From Verrucomicrobiota bacterium (GTDB lineage Bacteria > Verrucomicrobiota > Verrucomicrobiia > Opitutales > Coraliomargaritaceae): a DNA stretch of 14,025 nt. Numbering within the stretch: position 1 is the first letter of the stretch; every line of letters starts with the position of its first letter. The stretch lies in contig JBCBZJ010000046.1 of assembly GCA_039815375.1 (NCBI GenBank), forward strand, positions 1 to 14,025, given 5' to 3'. The notes under the pieces were generated by a model. That model worked only from the letters and a program-made list of their open reading frames with translations. It was not told the origin of the DNA and made no database searches. The translations under genes were made by a program, and so were the position numbers. Shown here in pieces: positions 10,357 to 14,025 of this stretch.

Positions 10357-10543
10357 GTTCGGTATTGTCGTAAATGTCCCCGATCTGCCCCAAAAAGCGA
10401 ATTTGGTTTTAAGAAATACCTTCGTTTCTTTTCTAGTTGTTATGCACGCACATAATCAGGAACAAACTTGGACGTTACCTACAACTAGGTGACGGAAATG
10501 TATTATCCTTCCAATACTAGAGATTACTTCTAGGATTCAAAAA

Positions 10544-11887
10544 GTGAAATCTCGACTCTCACTCTTCGCGATCTTATCGATAGCAACAGTTCTTACGGTC
10601 TTCTACATCAGCCGGACGAAGAACAGTAACGATATTTCAGCAGAACCAGAGTCCGTGTTAATCGGATCAGGATCAAGCAACCTGACCTCTCACAGTGGGA
10701 AATCAGAAATCTTGAATTTGAGCCCGGAAGAGGCCACATTGATCGAGTTCGTTCGAAATGGAGCTTCTGGACTCACACCCGAGCAGATCATTTTCGAAAT
10801 CGAGAAACAGATCAGGATTGAGGCTTTGGAGCCAACTTCCTTTGAAGCACTACAACAGATCAAAGATCTAGCTGCATCAGGCGGCGAAAACAATATAGAT
10901 GCATTGAGCCGTCACTTGAGCCACATCGACGCGGAGCATCTACCCGAAGCGATCGAAATTCTCAACGAGTTCGAAACAACAGGTCGCCAGATACGTAAAG
11001 TTCTCAGCGGCAGGTTCCGAATCATCTCTCAGGCGGATCCTACCTATGCTATGGAATTGACAAATGCGCTCAAAAACAAAGCACTCAAGAAGGAAGCGCA
11101 AAAAACGGTTATGATTGAATGGGCTAATAATGATCCATTCGCAACAATCGATTTCATCAATCAAAATGAATATATCGAATTCCATGCGATTACCGACATC
11201 TCGTCACATCTGTTTAATAGGATGGCACGGCAGGATCTGACTGCCGCCAGAGAGTTTGTCGAAGGAACAGCCGATCCAGACATCGCAAAAAAAGGTGCCC
11301 TCGGTGTGCTTCAAGCAATGGTTACTTATGCAGAAGCTAGTCCGAATGAACTCGCAAGTTACATCGTCTCAAGGCCCAGAGAGGAGCAAAGTCAGCTGAT
11401 TGGCCGCAGTTTCTACACAACAGAGTTCGCAAACTTCGAGGATGGAGCCGATTTTTTACAGCAATTTATCTCAGCAGAAGATAGCCTCGCTGATAAGATA
11501 TATGGCCATGGATTGACTAAGCTCGCAAACGAATATCCGTTGGAGTCTGCTGATTTGGCGAGCTCAATCAATGACCCCAAAATAAAAAGTAATGCCTTGC
11601 GAACTGTTATGAATCAATGGGTCGGTTACGATATGCTGGAAGCGGCTGAATGGCTCAGCACAGCGCCCGCTGAGCCAGAATATGACGACGCGATCAAACT
11701 ATTCGTTCAAAATGCTGCGCAGTCGGATCTTGTTGGCGCACTCGATTGGGCTCAGTCGATTACCGATGATCGAAAGCGCGAGCAGACGATGACAAATCTC
11801 TGGAAACGCCTCGAAGCAAACGATCCAGAAGTTGCTCAAAGTTTTCTCAAAAGCAATAAAGAGTTCCAGCAGTTCATTACTCAGTAA
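10544..11887 (+). CDS. Hypothetical membrane-anchored alpha-helical repeat protein (verrucomicrobial type)
   Basis: 447 aa, GTG start, N-terminal TM segment, Ser-rich linker, then recurring helical units: ISQADPTYA, EWANNDPFAT, MARQDLTAA, QWVGYDMLEAAEWL, AQSDLVGALDWAQSITD, EANDPEVA. Confidence 0.8.
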   Translation: MKSRLSLFAILSIATVLTVFYISRTKNSNDISAEPESVLIGSGSSNLTSHSGKSEILNLSPEEATLIEFVRNGASGLTPEQIIFEIEKQIRIEALEPTSFEALQQIKDLAASGGENNIDALSRHLSHIDAEHLPEAIEILNEFETTGRQIRKVLSGRFRIISQADPTYAMELTNALKNKALKKEAQKTVMIEWANNDPFATIDFINQNEYIEFHAITDISSHLFNRMARQDLTAAREFVEGTADPDIAKKGALGVLQAMVTYAEASPNELASYIVSRPREEQSQLIGRSFYTTEFANFEDGADFLQQFISAEDSLADKIYGHGLTKLANEYPLESADLASSINDPKIKSNALRTVMNQWVGYDMLEAAEWLSTAPAEPEYDDAIKLFVQNAAQSDLVGALDWAQSITDDRKREQTMTNLWKRLEANDPEVAQSFLKSNKEFQQFITQ

Positions 11888-11937
11888 TCCAATCAGATCT
11901 CCCCTCTGCGCCTGATGTCGAAATGCTATGACATAAC

Positions 11938-11969
11938 TGAGCAGTTTAGCCAAAGACCTGTTTTCTGAG
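11938..11969 (+). repeat. Copy 2 of the degenerate direct repeat
   Basis: TGAGCAGTTTAGCCAAAGACCTGTTTTCTGAG; see copy 1 at 10324-10356. Confidence 0.55.
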
Positions 11970-12140
11970 TCCCTGAATGGTAGCGAGCCCCTGACAGTCA
12001 GCGCTCCGGAACAAATTCGACTTGGACAGGAACTTCCTTTTTTTCCGATCTTCCATGAGCCGGGATACCCTCCGACGAACTCTCGGCTGTTCCTTATCTT
12101 TAGACTAGCAACTGAGAATACTTGTTTCCTACGCTTACAT

Positions 12141-12146
12141 TTGACA
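12141..12146 (+). promoter_or_regulatory. Possible sigma70 -35 box for the PEP-CTERM gene
   Basis: Perfect TTGACA ending 32 nt upstream of ATG 12179 in an AT-rich stretch. No consensus -10 at 17-nt spacing and no clear Shine-Dalgarno. Confidence 0.3.
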
Positions 12147-12178
12147 AATCTTATAAATGATATGCCTATCCGTTTAAT

Positions 12179-13003
12179 ATGAAGGTTAAAATTTTCCTCA
12201 TTCCAACACTTGCTGCCTTAACCATTAACTTCGCGGATGCAGCCATCGACTTGGATTTCTCGCAATTTCTTCCAGGCTCTCAACCCGACCAGGCGATTAC
12301 CGGGACAAGCACGGTCTATGATGGCCAGAATGGTTTGCTGTTTGGCGATGTTGCTGATGTTTCTTCCAGTGGAATAGCGATGGTCGCTATTTTAGAAGCC
12401 ATCACTGCATATTCTGCCGTCAACACGAGCGCTAATGGAAAGCTGGGTGACGACATACAAGTCAATCAAGCTGCCTCGTCCGGAAGTACAAGCTATCGGT
12501 TATCTTTCTACGACTCTGGAACGCTTGACCTATTCGACAATGAAGGATTCGACTTCGAGTTTGACTTAGTTATCTACGATATCGATGGCGGTCCTGTTGG
12601 ATTAGAAACCTTTACTATCCTTACCCCGGCATCCTATCAGTTAACTGATACCACAAATGTGAATTTCGATGGTCAGAGTTCATTCAGCAATAACGGTTCC
12701 GGAGACATTGACGCTCCAATTGCAAACGCAACCGACTTAAATGAAGACCAAGAAGATATATCTGTAATTTTGTCATTCACGAACCAAAGTATTGTTAATT
12801 TTAATTTCACTACCACAGGTGGCGGTTCAGGTGGTCGTAATTTCTTTCTCGATGGCCAAGATTTCGTTGTTTTCGACGATGCGACAGCAACGGGAATCAA
12901 CAGTGGATCATTCGTCCCAGAGCCATCAGCTTACGCTTGTTTGCTCGGATTCACTACGCTTGTCTCAGTTGTAATGCGTAGAAATAGATTAAAAGCTAAC
13001 TAA
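12179..13003 (+). CDS. PEP-CTERM sorting-domain surface protein (exosortase substrate)
   Basis: Signal peptide ending ADA|A, acidic Ser/Thr/Gly/Asp-rich mature region, C-terminal VPEPSAYA + TM segment (CLLGFTTLVSVVM) + basic tail RRNRLK. Confidence 0.95.
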   Translation: MKVKIFLIPTLAALTINFADAAIDLDFSQFLPGSQPDQAITGTSTVYDGQNGLLFGDVADVSSSGIAMVAILEAITAYSAVNTSANGKLGDDIQVNQAASSGSTSYRLSFYDSGTLDLFDNEGFDFEFDLVIYDIDGGPVGLETFTILTPASYQLTDTTNVNFDGQSSFSNNGSGDIDAPIANATDLNEDQEDISVILSFTNQSIVNFNFTTTGGGSGGRNFFLDGQDFVVFDDATATGINSGSFVPEPSAYACLLGFTTLVSVVMRRNRLKAN

Positions 13004-13024
13004 AATTTAGATAAGTTATCTTAT

Positions 13025-13050
13025 CGAAAAGCACCGCTGCAGTCTTTTCG
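13025..13050 (+). terminator. Possible terminator hairpin after the PEP-CTERM gene
   Basis: CGAAAAG (13025-13031) / CTTTTCG (13044-13050) perfect 7-bp inverted repeat. Adjacent palindrome GATAAG-TTAT-CTTATC at 13010-13025. Weak U-tract. Confidence 0.3.
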
Positions 13051-13314
13051 TACTACCCGTGCTGAGCTGGAGCGTGAGTTATGAAAATAAAACCAACTCG
13101 ATCACTCAGCAGAACGAACACTGCTAGGCCTGATGAGTATGAGGTCGTATGCCTCTATCTATGAGAGGGAGTTCAATAAGATCTAATTATAGTTACTCTC
13201 TAAGGCAAAGTGGACGAAATCGACATCTTCATTTTATTACGTCCGCTTCGCTGACTGCGATTTCGAGACACATGAGAAGTAAAGCTACGCTTTTAGAAAT
13301 TTATTAGACGCACG

Positions 13315-13560
13315 CTTAGAGCCAAGGCGACAATTCTCGAGTTTTTTGTAGCCTCGAAACTCTGTTTCGGGGATTCGCGCGCCAAACCAACGTTCCCCGA
13401 CTCCGAGAGTCGAGGCTACCGTTCCAGATTTCCGAATCCGCCCTTCGTAGCCTCCAAACCCGGTTCCGGGGTATCCTAATCACGACGCTCCCCGGCTCTT
13501 AGAGCCAAGGCGACGATTCTAGATTTTTTGTAGCCTCGAAACTCTGTTTCGGGGATTCGC
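13315..13560. repeat. Array of GTAG-family REP hairpins in alternating orientation (BIME/REPIN-like)
   Basis: 26-nt units. Forward: GTAGCCTCGAAACTCTGTTTCGGGGA (13348-13373 and 13530-13555), GTAGCCTCCAAACCCGGTTCCGGGGT (13447-13472). Inverted: TCCCCGACTCCGAGAGTCGAGGCTAC (13394-13419), TCCCCGGCTCTTAGAGCCAAGGCGAC (13489-13514), partial copy 13315-13331. Segments 13315-13378 and 13498-13560 form a near-identical direct repeat (3 differences). Confidence 0.85.
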
Positions 13561-13591
13561 ATATTGGGGCGGATGCTTAATATGCGAAGGC

Positions 13592-13816
13592 AAAAATGGG
13601 ACATGTCATTACTTTTGTGGCAAGCAATTTATAGGCTTGTTTCTCATGCCCGCAGCTATGCTTGAACTCAGACACATACCGACTCACAGCGTCGTATGTA
13701 ATGATATGATAAAACCCGCTCTCCTTCTCTATCCGTAAACTACGAGCCATATTTAGGAAAGTAGAAGTCGCGCACTGTACAGGTAAACCACAAAGGTAAT
13801 GACATGACCCCTTTTT
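13592..13816 (-). mobile_element. Non-autonomous deletion derivative of a Y1/RAYT-like transposase element bounded by 29-bp inverted repeats
   Basis: Left arm AAAAATGGGACATGTCATTACTTTTGTGG (13592-13620) matches the reverse complement of 13788-13816 (AAAAAGGGGTCATGTCATTACCTTTGTGG) at 26/29. The arms enclose the transposase remnant. Confidence 0.8.
13601..13750 (-). pseudogene. Y1 HUH tyrosine transposase (IS200-like/RAYT) remnant: N-terminus fused to C-terminus
   Basis: MARSLRIEKESGFYHII matches the MARxLRIxxxGxxYH(V/I) start of Y1_Tnp/RAYT-like proteins. It is followed directly by YDAVSRYVSEF...YKLLATKVMT with no HUH motif or catalytic Tyr helix. The codon after KVMT is TGT here but TGA at the equivalent position of the other inverted repeat. 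Confidence 0.72.
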
Positions 13817-14025
13817 AGCTCCTTCCACAAATGATGTGATTGAACCCGGGTAGGAAGCGTTCTATTTTTTGCATAACGAATGCTATATTACCAACGCCCT
13901 TTGCGTAAGCTATTTATTGAACTGTTTTCGCTCAATTATGCACCTTAAGTCAGTGCCATTCGGGCCTGACCCTTACTATAACATACAAATAAGTATTCTT
14001 TTGTATGAGGTGCCAGATGATTTTC

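Noticed and set aside
10371..10391. TAAATGTCCCCGATCTGCCCC resembling the end of the Y1 element repeat
   Set aside because: Only about 7 nt (ATGTCCC) shared and no partner repeat; too short to support.
10311..13320. Integron cassette array (attC sites) in the accessory zone
   Set aside because: No convincing RYYYAAC...GTTRRRY-bounded palindromes after the genes, long spacers and no integrase.
13315..13560. CRISPR interpretation of the repeat array
   Set aside because: Units alternate in orientation, spacers are only 15-27 nt and partly duplicated, and no cas genes are present. GTAG plus hairpin fits REPs.
13577..13828. 83-aa ORF as a genuine protein
   Set aside because: It spans both inverted repeats; only the part from ATG 13750 resembles a transposase remnant.
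13866..13893. dif-like site (GCATAA-N6-CTATATTACCA)
   Set aside because: The XerD arm matches TTATGTTAAAT at only 6/11 in AT-rich DNA.

Overview
Chromosomal window, probably from a Verrucomicrobiota bacterium (Opitutales/Puniceicoccales-like). This is inferred from the VPEPSAYA-type PEP-CTERM protein, the helical-repeat protein with W-x3-D-P motifs and a C-terminal KFYRI tail. The intact core, all on the + strand, is an RND efflux pair (membrane fusion protein + AcrB-family permease), a TonB-dependent receptor, sucC-sucD and a class I SAM methyltransferase. A more AT-rich accessory zone follows with a membrane-anchored helical-repeat protein and a PEP-CTERM protein. Both ends carry mobile-element scars. 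At the left are an internally deleted IS3 remnant, an unrelated gene fragment and a 5'-truncated TolC-family gene. At the right are an array of alternating GTAG-type REP hairpins with covarying stems and an approx. 225-bp element bounded by 29-bp inverted repeats that keeps only the fused N- and C-termini of a Y1 (RAYT-like) transposase. Less certain signals are a degenerate 33-bp direct repeat flanking the helical-repeat gene and a hammerhead-like motif downstream of the PEP-CTERM gene.
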